DNA of 61,345 bases, the filler included. It is 3 parts of 3 records of this genome, joined end to end, with 100 filler letters (N's around TTAATTAATTAA, not from the genome) between each part and the next. Parts side by side here need not be neighbours in the genome. Positions count along the whole stretch, not along the records: positions 26,178 to 51,588 come from SRR20825010_410; 2 more parts are not named here. One strand, written 5' to 3'. Positions within the stretch are counted from its first letter, which is position 1, and each line of letters opens with the position of its first letter. Below the pieces are notes generated by a model. It saw only the letters and a list, made by a program, of their open reading frames with translations, was not told where the DNA came from and did not search any database. Of this stretch, positions 28,201-37,651 are shown piece after piece. The position numbers and the translations under genes are program-made.

Positions 28201-31200
28201 ATTTGCCCACTTTGGCGGTCAAGTACCGTCCAATCGTCTTCTCCTTAGCGATTTTGGCGATGGCATGGGGAGCGATGACCTATGTCACCATTCCTCGACG
28301 AGAGGATCCTGAATTCACCATTCGTGTGTGCGTCGTTTCGACGTCTTGGCCTGGAGCACCCGCCGAGACGGTGGAGGAATTGGTGACGGACAAGATCGAA
28401 CAAAACTTGACCAGTATCGAGGAAGTCAAGCTAACTCGATCCACCACGCTGACCGGTCAATCCACCGTGTTCGTGGAGTTAGAAGACGACATCGCACCGG
28501 CTGATATTCAGAACGTGTGGGACAAAGTTCGCGCGCGAGTGGATTTGGTGGCGATGCCTGCCGACCATGTGCGACCGATCGTCAATGACGAGTTCGGTGA
28601 CACCGCGGTGTTGTTGCTGGGCATTCACCAGACTCCATCAAAGGATCGAACGGAGATTCGTCCGCAGGATCGCTACACGTTGCGGCAATTGGAAAAGTAT
28701 GCGGAAGATGTTCAAGACGCATTGAGGTTGTTGCCGGGGATCGCGAAAGTCGACATGTTTGGCCAGCGATCCGAAGCGATCTTCATCGAAACCGATCTTT
28801 CCAATTGGGCTCAGTTGGAACTGACGACCAGCCAGCTGGAGTCTTTGGCCGATGATCGAAACATCATTCAGGCTGGTGGGGAGTTGGATACCGATTCAGG
28901 ACACTTTTCAGTCAAGACCGAAGGCGAATTCAATGCCGTCGATGAGATCACTCAAATCGCCAGCACGGTCCGAACCAGTCGCGGTGACAACAGCGTTTCG
29001 TTGGCCGAACTTGGATTGACAGTCACACGTGACTACGAAGACCCAGCAAATTACATCTGCCGAGTTGGTGACACAGAAGGCAGCACTCCCGCCGTGATGT
29101 TGGGAATCACGATGAAGTCCGGTTCGAACATCATCGACGTTTGCGAAGCGGCCAAATATCGAGTGCGGGAAATGGCAGAGGTAGAACAGTTGCTGCCTCC
29201 AGACATTGGCGTGACCGCGGTGTCAGATCAAAGTGAAAGCGTCGCGAAGAAGATCCGAGACGTGATCATCAATGTGGTCGAAGCCGTGCTGATCGTCGTT
29301 GTGGTGGTCTACCTGGTCGTTGGTTTCCGCACGTCGTTTGTGATGGCTGCGAACATTCCGATCGTGGTGGTGGTCACAGTCGGTTTGATTTCGTTGTTTG
29401 GAGTTCAGCTCGAACAAATCTCACTTGCCGCAATGATCATTTCATTGGGCCTGTTGGTCGACAATGCTGTGCAAGTGTGTGACCAGGCAAGGTCGAACCA
29501 AATGGCGGGAATGGAGCCGTTTCCTGCCGCGATTGACGGAGCGAACACTCTCGCGATCCCGATGTTGGTTGGCACACTGACGACGATGGCGGCATTCGTG
29601 CCGATGTTGTTCAGCCTGGAAGGTGGCGGCAAAGAATACGTCTACAGTTTGCCAGTCACGGTATCGACGACACTCGCGCTCAGTTGGGTTTTGGCGATGT
29701 CGTTGTGCGTGATATTGGCGGGGATGTTCATCCGGGCTCCGAAAGGAGACCAAACAGGTTCACCCGTCGTTGCAACCTGGAATCGCATTTCGAGTTGGTG
29801 GCCTCGAAGAAAACGCCGATCCGCTACGACGCCCGAACGAGCCACTGCGAAGTCGGCAAAAACCAAACAAGAGAATCTTGCGTTTCGTGTGTATGGATGG
29901 CTGGGTGGTTTGGCGGTGCGATTCAAATGGTTGACGGCGGTCGCCACGCTCTGCCTGATGATCGGGATCTTAACGCTGCCGGTGAGTTCGGAATTCTTTC
30001 CGGATGCGGATGGGACTCAGTTCGCCGTGAAGGTGATGTTGCCCGAAACTGCCACGATTGAACAAACTGATCAAGTCACACGTCAGGTGGAAACCATTCT
30101 GCAACGTTTGGGGTCGGAGAAGTTGGCGGAGAATGGATTCGCAATGCCACCGCTTCGCGTGTATCGATCGTTGGTGGGAGGTGGCGGATCACGTTGGCAT
30201 CTCGGATGGGATCCGGAGCCCAAGTCGAGATCATTTGCGGAGATTTTGGTCCGTACGACGGACGCATCAGTCACCAAACAATTCGCACAACGGGTTCGCG
30301 AAATTGCCGAACGTGGCGATGAAACTCTGGGGATCGAACCAATCGTTGGTGCTCGCATTGTGCCGGTTCGATTGGCCTTGGGGCCTCCGGCAGACCCGTT
30401 GGTCTTTCGGATCTCCGGCAACGGTTTCGCGAATCCTTCGGTGCTGCGTGAAGCGGCGGACAATTTGAAACAGCTTGTCATGGAACAGTCCGAGACTTGG
30501 GATGTATCTGATTCATGGGGAGTCGACGGGTATCAGATCCAGGTCGATGTGGAACAAGATCGAGCGGTTTTGGCTGGCGTTACGAATTCGCAGATCGCGA
30601 GGACTTTGAATTCTTACTATTCCGGTTTGCAGCTGACAACGTTTCGGGAAGGCGACCATGAAGTGCCCGTCTATTTCCGGCTGAAGGCCAGTGAACGTGA
30701 GTCCGTTCGTGGTTTGCAGGAGGCGTTTGTGGAAGGTGACCGTGGAAAAGTGCCATTGGCTTCGCTGGCCGTTTTGAAGCCCACCTTTGAAATTGCCAAA
30801 ATCGAACGACGGAAGATGAACCGAACCATTGAGGTCAGTTCCCAAATGGAACCGGGCGTCACGGGCAACGACGTTGTGTCTCGGGTTTTGAAATCGGACG
30901 AGATGCAGCGGTTGCAAGAAGAACTGCCAACCGGCTACTGGATCGAACCCGGCGGTTCGTACGAAGAGAGTGCCGAAGCTGGTGGGCAGATGATGATGTC
31001 GTTTGCGATTTCGTTTCTGTTGATCGTCCTTTGCTTGATCTTTCAATACAACGGTTGGTCCAAACCGCTGATCATTCTGTCGACGTTGCCTTTGGCATTG
31101 GTCGGTGCGTGGCTGGGTTTGTACTTGTCGGACAAGTCACTCGGCTTTATGCCGCAATTGGGAATCCTGGCACTGTTCGGCATTGTGCTGAACACAGCGA

Positions 31201-31544
31201 TCATCTTTGTTGAGTTCGCGGATCTTTTGATTGCCGAACGAGCACGTGCAAAGAAGTCTTCCGGTGAAACGAACGGGCCGATCGTCGGTCTGACCAAAGA
31301 AGAGTTTCGGGATTGCTTGATTGAATCTGGTAAACAACGAATGCTGCCGATCTTTCTCACCACCGCGACAACGGTCGGTGGGTTGGTGCCTTTGGCATTG
31401 AGTGGCGGACCACTGTGGGAAGGGTTGGCGTGGTGCATGATCGTGGGTTTGCTACTGACCACCACGCTGACGTTGTTCATTGTGCCCGCGTTCTATGCCA
31501 TTTTGGTGGAGACGTTCCGCGTCGTCCCGGTTAGCGAATCTTGA
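28197..31544 (+). CDS. RND permease (AcrB/AcrD/AcrF family)
   Basis: PRREDP, WPGAPAETVEELVT, LGLLVDNA, GIVLNTAI, RMLPIFLTTATT; ATGA overlap with the MFP gene. Confidence 0.95.
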   Translation: MNLPTLAVKYRPIVFSLAILAMAWGAMTYVTIPRREDPEFTIRVCVVSTSWPGAPAETVEELVTDKIEQNLTSIEEVKLTRSTTLTGQSTVFVELEDDIAPADIQNVWDKVRARVDLVAMPADHVRPIVNDEFGDTAVLLLGIHQTPSKDRTEIRPQDRYTLRQLEKYAEDVQDALRLLPGIAKVDMFGQRSEAIFIETDLSNWAQLELTTSQLESLADDRNIIQAGGELDTDSGHFSVKTEGEFNAVDEITQIASTVRTSRGDNSVSLAELGLTVTRDYEDPANYICRVGDTEGSTPAVMLGITMKSGSNIIDVCEAAKYRVREMAEVEQLLPPDIGVTAVSDQSESVAKKIRDVIINVVEAVLIVVVVVYLVVGFRTSFVMAANIPIVVVVTVGLISLFGVQLEQISLAAMIISLGLLVDNAVQVCDQARSNQMAGMEPFPAAIDGANTLAIPMLVGTLTTMAAFVPMLFSLEGGGKEYVYSLPVTVSTTLALSWVLAMSLCVILAGMFIRAPKGDQTGSPVVATWNRISSWWPRRKRRSATTPERATAKSAKTKQENLAFRVYGWLGGLAVRFKWLTAVATLCLMIGILTLPVSSEFFPDADGTQFAVKVMLPETATIEQTDQVTRQVETILQRLGSEKLAENGFAMPPLRVYRSLVGGGGSRWHLGWDPEPKSRSFAEILVRTTDASVTKQFAQRVREIAERGDETLGIEPIVGARIVPVRLALGPPADPLVFRISGNGFANPSVLREAADNLKQLVMEQSETWDVSDSWGVDGYQIQVDVEQDRAVLAGVTNSQIARTLNSYYSGLQLTTFREGDHEVPVYFRLKASERESVRGLQEAFVEGDRGKVPLASLAVLKPTFEIAKIERRKMNRTIEVSSQMEPGVTGNDVVSRVLKSDEMQRLQEELPTGYWIEPGGSYEESAEAGGQMMMSFAISFLLIVLCLIFQYNGWSKPLIILSTLPLALVGAWLGLYLSDKSLGFMPQLGILALFGIVLNTAIIFVEFADLLIAERARAKKSSGETNGPIVGLTKEEFRDCLIESGKQRMLPIFLTTATTVGGLVPLALSGGPLWEGLAWCMIVGLLLTTTLTLFIVPAFYAILVETFRVVPVSES

Positions 31545-31555
31545 GTCGTCGGGGT

Positions 31556-32179
31556 TTAGTTCGCCATTTCGCTCATGAATTGATCCAGGAACGTTTTCAT
31601 GAAACGTTCTCGGTCGGCTGCGATCTGGCGTGCGGGTTCGGTGTGCAACATGTCCCGGAGTCGGAATAGCTTTTGATAAAAGTGACCGGCACCGGTTTTA
31701 GGGCCACTCAGGTTGCTGGGGTCATTTCCAGCGATGTGAAACGGTTGGCCGACGGTTGCTCCGTATTCGATTGTTCGAACAATGCCGATCGCACCCAGGG
31801 CGTCGAGCCGGTCGGCGTCTTGAACGATCTTGCCTTCGTCCGAGAGTTCTTCCGCCGTTTCGTGCTTGCGAAACGAAAGGTTGTCAACGATGTGTGCGAC
31901 GTGATCGATCGTCGATTGCTCCACTCCCTCGTCGGCCAGAATTTCGCGAGAGAACTCTGCGCTGCGTTCCTTGCCACCATGAAATTTTGCATCGCCAACA
32001 TCGTGAAGCAGTGCGGCAAGTTCGACGATCAGGCGATCGCCTCCAATTTGCTGTTGAATGTCACACGCGGTTCGATGGACTCGCCGGACATGGTCGATTC
32101 CGTGACCGGCCTGTTGGTCAGCCATGCGTTGACTCACAATGTCGGCAACACGACGAATGATTGTTTTTGAATGATTCAT
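31556..32179 (-). CDS. HD-domain phosphohydrolase (YedJ-like)
   Basis: GHGIDHVRRV, ALLHDVGD, VQDADRLDALGAIG, HFYQKL. Confidence 0.92.
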   Translation of the reverse strand: MNHSKTIIRRVADIVSQRMADQQAGHGIDHVRRVHRTACDIQQQIGGDRLIVELAALLHDVGDAKFHGGKERSAEFSREILADEGVEQSTIDHVAHIVDNLSFRKHETAEELSDEGKIVQDADRLDALGAIGIVRTIEYGATVGQPFHIAGNDPSNLSGPKTGAGHFYQKLFRLRDMLHTEPARQIAADRERFMKTFLDQFMSEMAN

Positions 32180-32291
32180 CGCCGAATCGTACTCAAAAAT
32201 CGAGTCGTCTCGCAGGTGGTGGTGAACCCCGGATGGTTCTGCCGCCTCATGAAATGAGTTGATTCAGTCTCCGCATCCGAGAACGAGTTTT

Positions 32292-33143
32292 ATGTCGAAC
32301 GCCGATATTTCGATTTGGCAGGTGGACGCCTTCACCAGCAAGCCGTTTGGAGGGAACCCGGCCGCAATTTGCATCTTGCCCGAGTTCCCAAGTGACGAAT
32401 GGATGCAAAATCTTGCTGGAGAAATGAACCTATCGGAAACGGCGTTTCTCGTTCGGGAATCTGGCCAGTCCACCTATCAATTGCGATGGTTCACGCCGAA
32501 TGTGGAGGTGGATTTGTGCGGCCACGCAACATTGGCGTCTGCTCATGTTTTGTGGGAACAGGGGCTGGTCGCGAAAGGCTCTGAGATTCGCTTTCAAACG
32601 CGTAGCGGTGAACTCGTTTGTTCGCAAAGCGATCGAGGTATCACACTCGATTTTCCTGCTTCGGATTGCTCGCTGGTCGATGATGAGAAGCTGTCTTCGG
32701 ATCTAAAATCTGCTTTTGGGATCACCAAAGCAACGGTCTACCAAACCGCATTCGATCTGATGATGGTGGTGCAATCAGGTGAATCGGTGATGGATCTGCG
32801 GCCGGACTACCAAGCATTGAAAGATATTCCAACTCGCGGTGTCATCGTAACTTCGCAGGACGATCGGGATGGGATCGATTTTGTATCACGATTCTTTGCG
32901 CCGCGATGCGGGATCGATGAAGATCCGGTGACGGGTTCCGCACACTGTTGCTTGGCCCCGTACTGGTCGAAGCGATTGGGAATCAATCCCTTGGTTGGGC
33001 ATCAAGCTTCTCGACGTGGTGGAATGGTTCGATGTGAAGTCGATGACGCCCGCGTGCTTTTGACGGGCGATGCAGTCACCGTTTTGGAAGGCCGTCTAAT
33101 GATCTCGCTGGCGGATTTGCGGGGTGAGAGAGACAAGACATGA
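32292..33143 (+). CDS. PhzF family epimerase/isomerase
   Basis: VDAFTSKPFGGNPA, NLSETAF, EVDLCGHATLA, EDPVTGSAHC. Confidence 0.95.
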   Translation: MSNADISIWQVDAFTSKPFGGNPAAICILPEFPSDEWMQNLAGEMNLSETAFLVRESGQSTYQLRWFTPNVEVDLCGHATLASAHVLWEQGLVAKGSEIRFQTRSGELVCSQSDRGITLDFPASDCSLVDDEKLSSDLKSAFGITKATVYQTAFDLMMVVQSGESVMDLRPDYQALKDIPTRGVIVTSQDDRDGIDFVSRFFAPRCGIDEDPVTGSAHCCLAPYWSKRLGINPLVGHQASRRGGMVRCEVDDARVLLTGDAVTVLEGRLMISLADLRGERDKT

Positions 33144-33622
33144 AGCTGCGCCCATTTCATGTTGAAGATGCGATCGATTGTTGGCGGTTGTTCCGTGATA
33201 CCGTCCATCGGGTGAATTGTCGTGACTACTCCGAATCTCAATTGAGCGCATGGGCTCCTGAGACGGTGGACCTGGACTGCTGGACGCAACGATTTGAGGG
33301 GCGTGTTGCGGTGGTGGTGGAATCAGATGCTCAACTGATTGGATTTGCTGACATGAGCCACGATGGGCACTTGGATCGATTGTTCGTATCCGCGGATCAC
33401 CAACGCCGAGGTGTTGCCAAACGGATGTGGCAAGAACTGCGCAGTCAGGTCGAGCGGTTGGGGATTCGAATCGTTTTCACTGAGGCTAGCATCACCGCGA
33501 AACCGTTTTTTGAGTCCGTGGGATTCCGGGCGGTCAAATGTCAGCAGGTGGAATGCCGTGGAGTCATCCTGACGAACTATCGCATGGAATGGCGGCAGAA
33601 GACGACATTGAACTCAGGGTGA
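33140..33622 (+). CDS. GNAT acetyltransferase (YafP-like)
   Basis: DYSESQLSAWAP, LFVSADHQRRGVA, EASITAKPFFE, LTNYRM. Confidence 0.92.
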   Translation: MKLRPFHVEDAIDCWRLFRDTVHRVNCRDYSESQLSAWAPETVDLDCWTQRFEGRVAVVVESDAQLIGFADMSHDGHLDRLFVSADHQRRGVAKRMWQELRSQVERLGIRIVFTEASITAKPFFESVGFRAVKCQQVECRGVILTNYRMEWRQKTTLNSG

Positions 33623-33861
33623 CGTGAACCGTTTTTCCGCAATGTCGTTACCACTGTAACCAGCCCTGGTTGGGGAAAGCGATTCTAACGAGCGAGGGGA
33701 GAATCTTTGGCATTTTGAACGCATGTCGCCGATTCATAACCAATGTTGTTGACGTTGCTTTGATCTCTTGCGAACGAAGCAATTGGGGCACTGAAACAAT
33801 ATCAACTGCGTGAACTGTAGAAGTGCGCGCCGTTATCGACGATTGCCCCAAGGAATGATTG

Positions 33862-34335
33862 ATGACGCCGTCCTCTTTGCGCGAAGAGCTCAAGAAAAAG
33901 GGACCGTTCGAATCGCTTGAGCAGGAGGCCATGCTGGGGATTCTAAGAACCAGCGATCTGCTTGAGAATCGTTTGGCTCGTCTGCTGCGAACCTTCAGTT
34001 TGACTCCTTCGCAATATAACGCGATGCGGATCATGCGGGGCGAGAAGGTTCCGATGCCGTGTCTGGAAGTTGCTGATCGGATGATCCAGGTTTCACCTGC
34101 GATCACTCGCGTGGTCGACCAATTGCTCAATCGAGGATTGATTCACAAGCAGCAATCCAATCAAGATCGTCGGGTTTTTTTGGTGGGACTGACTGACGAA
34201 GGGCTCACTTTGCTGGACAAATTGGATGAGCCCATCCAATCGCTGCATCGCGAGTTGCTGGGGCATGTCCCGGCCGAGGATCTGCACTCGCTCAATCGGA
34301 TTCTGCAAATTGCCCGCGAGCGGATCCCCGGCTGA
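33862..34335 (+). CDS. MarR family regulator
   Basis: LTPSQYNAMRIMRG, ITRVVDQL, DRRVFLVGLTDEG. Confidence 0.92.
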   Translation: MTPSSLREELKKKGPFESLEQEAMLGILRTSDLLENRLARLLRTFSLTPSQYNAMRIMRGEKVPMPCLEVADRMIQVSPAITRVVDQLLNRGLIHKQQSNQDRRVFLVGLTDEGLTLLDKLDEPIQSLHRELLGHVPAEDLHSLNRILQIARERIPG

Positions 34336-34599
34336 GCTCGCTGATGTGAACCGATCGCCGCCCAGCGAGATCGCTCTGGCAGGCAGGGCAGGATCGGAAC
34401 GACCGATCGGCCTGCTTGGCTCTGTTTTGAATGCTTTCCGTGTGGTCGAGCGATCTGCGGTCACGCCACAACGTGACGGTCTCTGATAAAGTCACTGGAT
34501 TGAATGGCGGTTTTCAACAAAGACCGCAACTGGTTCCAAGGTGCGACGGTTTTTGTCACAAAATGGCGGCAACTTCTCGTGCCGCTGATTTTGAACATC

Positions 34600-35223
34600 A
34601 TGACTGAACGATCTCAACCAGATGAAACGCAGACCCGCATTGTCAAGCTGATCGCCGACGCACGTTCAGGTGACCAAGAGGCACTCGGCGAGTTGCTCGA
34701 TAGCTACCGAAAGTTTGTCAAATTCCTGGCTCGCTCCGGTTTGCATCATCACTTGCAAGGCAAAGCCGACCCATCGGATTTGGCACAGGAGGTATGCATT
34801 GCGGCTCACGGCAACATGGCGGATTTTCGAGGCCAAACCCCGGAGGAGTTTGCAGGGTGGTTGCGAGGCATTTTGTCGAACGTCTTGGCGATGCACTTGC
34901 GGAAATACTTGGGGACTCAGAAACGAGATCCTCGATTGGAGCAAAATTTGAATGCCAGTCTGGTCAACGCATCCGGATTCCTGCAATCGAAGATCGCTGC
35001 CGACGTGACATCACCGAGTCAGCACTTTGCTCGCAATGAAGCATTCCTGCAATTGGCGGAGGCACTTGAATCATTACCGGAACATTATCGCGAGGTCATC
35101 GTTCTACGTCACGTTGAAGGGATGTCATTCGCGGACGTCGCCAAGTCGATGGACAAAAGCGTCGACAGTGTTGAAAAACTGTGGGTCCGCGGGCTCGCGA
35201 AATTAAGAACGATCATGACCTGA
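34600..35223 (+). CDS. Planctomycete-type ECF sigma factor associated with a Ser/Thr kinase
   Basis: GDQEALGELL, KADPSDLAQE, TSPSQ, LPEHYREVIVLRH, VEKLWVRGLAKL. Confidence 0.92.
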   Translation: MTERSQPDETQTRIVKLIADARSGDQEALGELLDSYRKFVKFLARSGLHHHLQGKADPSDLAQEVCIAAHGNMADFRGQTPEEFAGWLRGILSNVLAMHLRKYLGTQKRDPRLEQNLNASLVNASGFLQSKIAADVTSPSQHFARNEAFLQLAEALESLPEHYREVIVLRHVEGMSFADVAKSMDKSVDSVEKLWVRGLAKLRTIMT

Positions 35224-35286
35224 TAGCAATCCATCGGCCGAGTGTTGACTGGTGTGATTGAAACCGACTGAAGAGCGGACGATCAA

Positions 35287-37584
35287 ATGAACGACGGGGA
35301 AAACATGGCCACTTTCGATGAAACCAATGACAATGGCGTGGTCGCTGCGGTCAAGGACTACATGCGATTGCTGGAAAATGGAAAGGCTCCTTCGATCGAA
35401 GATTTTTTGGCTGGCTATGCCTCCATTGAAGAAGAGCTGCGTCCGGCCCTCGAAGGTTTGGCCATGCTGCATGGTGCGGGATCGCCGTCCGAACCCTCCA
35501 CCACCGCTGTGGGGCCTCATGCGGAGTTCACGGCCAAACCGATCGGTGATTTCCAGATCGTTGGTGAGCTCGGCCGCGGAGGAATGGGCGTTGTCTATGA
35601 AGCCGTTCAGCTCTCTCTGGGGCGCAAGGTTGCTCTGAAGGTCCTGCCATTTGCGAGCGGTTTGGACGAAGTGCGTTTGCAACGTTTTCGCAACGAAGCT
35701 CACGCCGCGGCGGCTTTGCATCACACCAATATTGTGCCGGTCTACGCCGTCGGTAGCGATCGCGGTGTGCACTACTATGCAATGCAGCTGATCGATGGAC
35801 GCACGTTGGCCGACGTGATCGATGAGATGCGCCAGGAAACCAAAAACGGTAAATCAAATGACACCCGGCCGATGCGTGATTCGATCGGTGCGGCACCGAC
35901 ACGGTCGAACAACACGACGTCGATGGGCACCTCGATGGGGCGACGACGGCACTATGAGTCCGCCGTCCGAATGGCACACGAAGCGGCGATCGCGATTGAG
36001 CACGCGCATCAGTACGGGGTCATTCACCGAGACATCAAACCGGGAAACTTGCTGATCGATGGCGCCGGCAAGGTGTGGGTCACCGATTTTGGTTTGGCAC
36101 ACATCGAATCCGACACCAACAATCTGACTCGGACCGGCGACCCCATGGGGACGTTGCGGTATGCTTCGCCCGAACAAGCGTCCGGGAACCGGATGATCTT
36201 GGATCACCGCACCGATGTGTATTCGTTTGGCGTGACGCTTTACGAATTGCTGACCCTGCGGCCTGCGATCGAAGGCGAAGGTTTTCGCGAGTTGCTCAAC
36301 GCGGTGATTGAGGTCGAACCACCATCACCGATGTCCATCGCACCGGATCTGCCCACCGAGTTGGACACGATCGTCCGCAAAGCAATCGCGAAGCAGCCGT
36401 CTGAACGCTACGCGACAATGAAGGCACTCGCCGATGATTTGCAGTGTTGGTTGGACGACAAACCGATCCAAGCCAAACCGCCGACAGCACTCGAACGGTT
36501 GGCAAAATGGCGTCGCCGCAACAGTGGTTTGGTGGCGGCTGCGTTCGGGATGTTGTTGATTGCCTCCGTCGCTTTGTTGGTGACAGCGTTGCTGGTTTGG
36601 CGAGAACAACGGCAAACACAACTGGCTCTTGACCGCGAAACCCAGCAACGTGAATTGGCGGAGGAAAGCTTTCAGCAAGCTCGTGCTGCGGTCGATGCCT
36701 TCAGTGAACTGAGTGAAAGCGAACTGGCCTATCGAGCGGGGCTTCAAGACGTACGTCGAACTTTCCTCGAGACGTCGTTGTCGTTTTATCGCGACTTCTT
36801 AGAGCTTCGTGCCGATGATCCGGCTCTGAAAAGCGAATTGGCAAAGACTTCGGCTCGTGTGGAAGCCATGGTCGAGGAATTGCAGTTGCTCGAGAACATT
36901 GGACCGTTGCTACAGCTCTTGGAAGAGAGCGTGCAAAAAGAGTTGCAGATCGATCGCGAAAAGGCGGACGCGATCACCGATGCCGTCAAAATGCTTCAGT
37001 CCGAACGGCATTCCTTGGCCAATGAAAACCCCGGCAACCTGTCGATTGAAAATGCCGATATGACAGCCCTGTTGGAATCATTTGATTCGTTCTTGAAGCG
37101 GCACCTGAGCCCTCAGCAAGTCGAACGTTTGCAACAAATCGCTCGGCAGCGTCGATTGCCATTCACATTCAAATCCGCCGAAGTTGTCGCGGCTCTTGAA
37201 ATGACTCGCGAGCAACGAGTGCGGATCGATCAAATCATCGAAGAAACGCGTCCTTCACGCCGTGGCGGGTTCGAGGGTGATCGAGGTCCTCGCGATCGTG
37301 ATAATGGGCGACGTGGTCCAGGCCCGGATGGGTTCGAGTTTGGAATGCGAGGACGTTTTGATGGCGGACGGCCACCTGAATTCGGCCGGCCTCCTGAGAT
37401 GAATGGCCCACCTGAATTTGGTGGCCCACCGGGGAGGAAAGGGCCTTCGGGATTCAATGGTCCGCCGCATGACATGTGGAACTCCGACGGAACCCGTTAC
37501 ACCGTTGAAAAGATCCTGGAAATTCTGACGCCCGAGCAGCGACAGAAATGGAACGAATTGATCGGCGAACCGTTCGTTCAGTGA
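35287..37584 (+). CDS. Hanks-type Ser/Thr protein kinase with a TM helix and C-terminal LTxxQ-like and low-complexity regions
   Basis: LGRGGMGVVY, VALKVL, HRDIKPGN, DFGLA, GTLRYASPEQ, TDVYSFG. Confidence 0.96.
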   Translation: MNDGENMATFDETNDNGVVAAVKDYMRLLENGKAPSIEDFLAGYASIEEELRPALEGLAMLHGAGSPSEPSTTAVGPHAEFTAKPIGDFQIVGELGRGGMGVVYEAVQLSLGRKVALKVLPFASGLDEVRLQRFRNEAHAAAALHHTNIVPVYAVGSDRGVHYYAMQLIDGRTLADVIDEMRQETKNGKSNDTRPMRDSIGAAPTRSNNTTSMGTSMGRRRHYESAVRMAHEAAIAIEHAHQYGVIHRDIKPGNLLIDGAGKVWVTDFGLAHIESDTNNLTRTGDPMGTLRYASPEQASGNRMILDHRTDVYSFGVTLYELLTLRPAIEGEGFRELLNAVIEVEPPSPMSIAPDLPTELDTIVRKAIAKQPSERYATMKALADDLQCWLDDKPIQAKPPTALERLAKWRRRNSGLVAAAFGMLLIASVALLVTALLVWREQRQTQLALDRETQQRELAEESFQQARAAVDAFSELSESELAYRAGLQDVRRTFLETSLSFYRDFLELRADDPALKSELAKTSARVEAMVEELQLLENIGPLLQLLEESVQKELQIDREKADAITDAVKMLQSERHSLANENPGNLSIENADMTALLESFDSFLKRHLSPQQVERLQQIARQRRLPFTFKSAEVVAALEMTREQRVRIDQIIEETRPSRRGGFEGDRGPRDRDNGRRGPGPDGFEFGMRGRFDGGRPPEFGRPPEMNGPPEFGGPPGRKGPSGFNGPPHDMWNSDGTRYTVEKILEILTPEQRQKWNELIGEPFVQ

Positions 37585-37620
37585 TCGAGCGAAGGTGACC
37601 TGAAATTGCCTGTTTTAACT

Positions 37621-37641
37621 AAAAGGTACCTGACACCTTTT
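37621..37641. repeat. Short palindromic element (REP-like or bidirectional terminator)
   Basis: AAAAGGT-ACCTGAC-ACCTTTT, 7-bp arms; recalled as a recurrent planctomycete intergenic motif. Confidence 0.45.
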
Positions 37642-37651
37642 TGAGGTTTGG

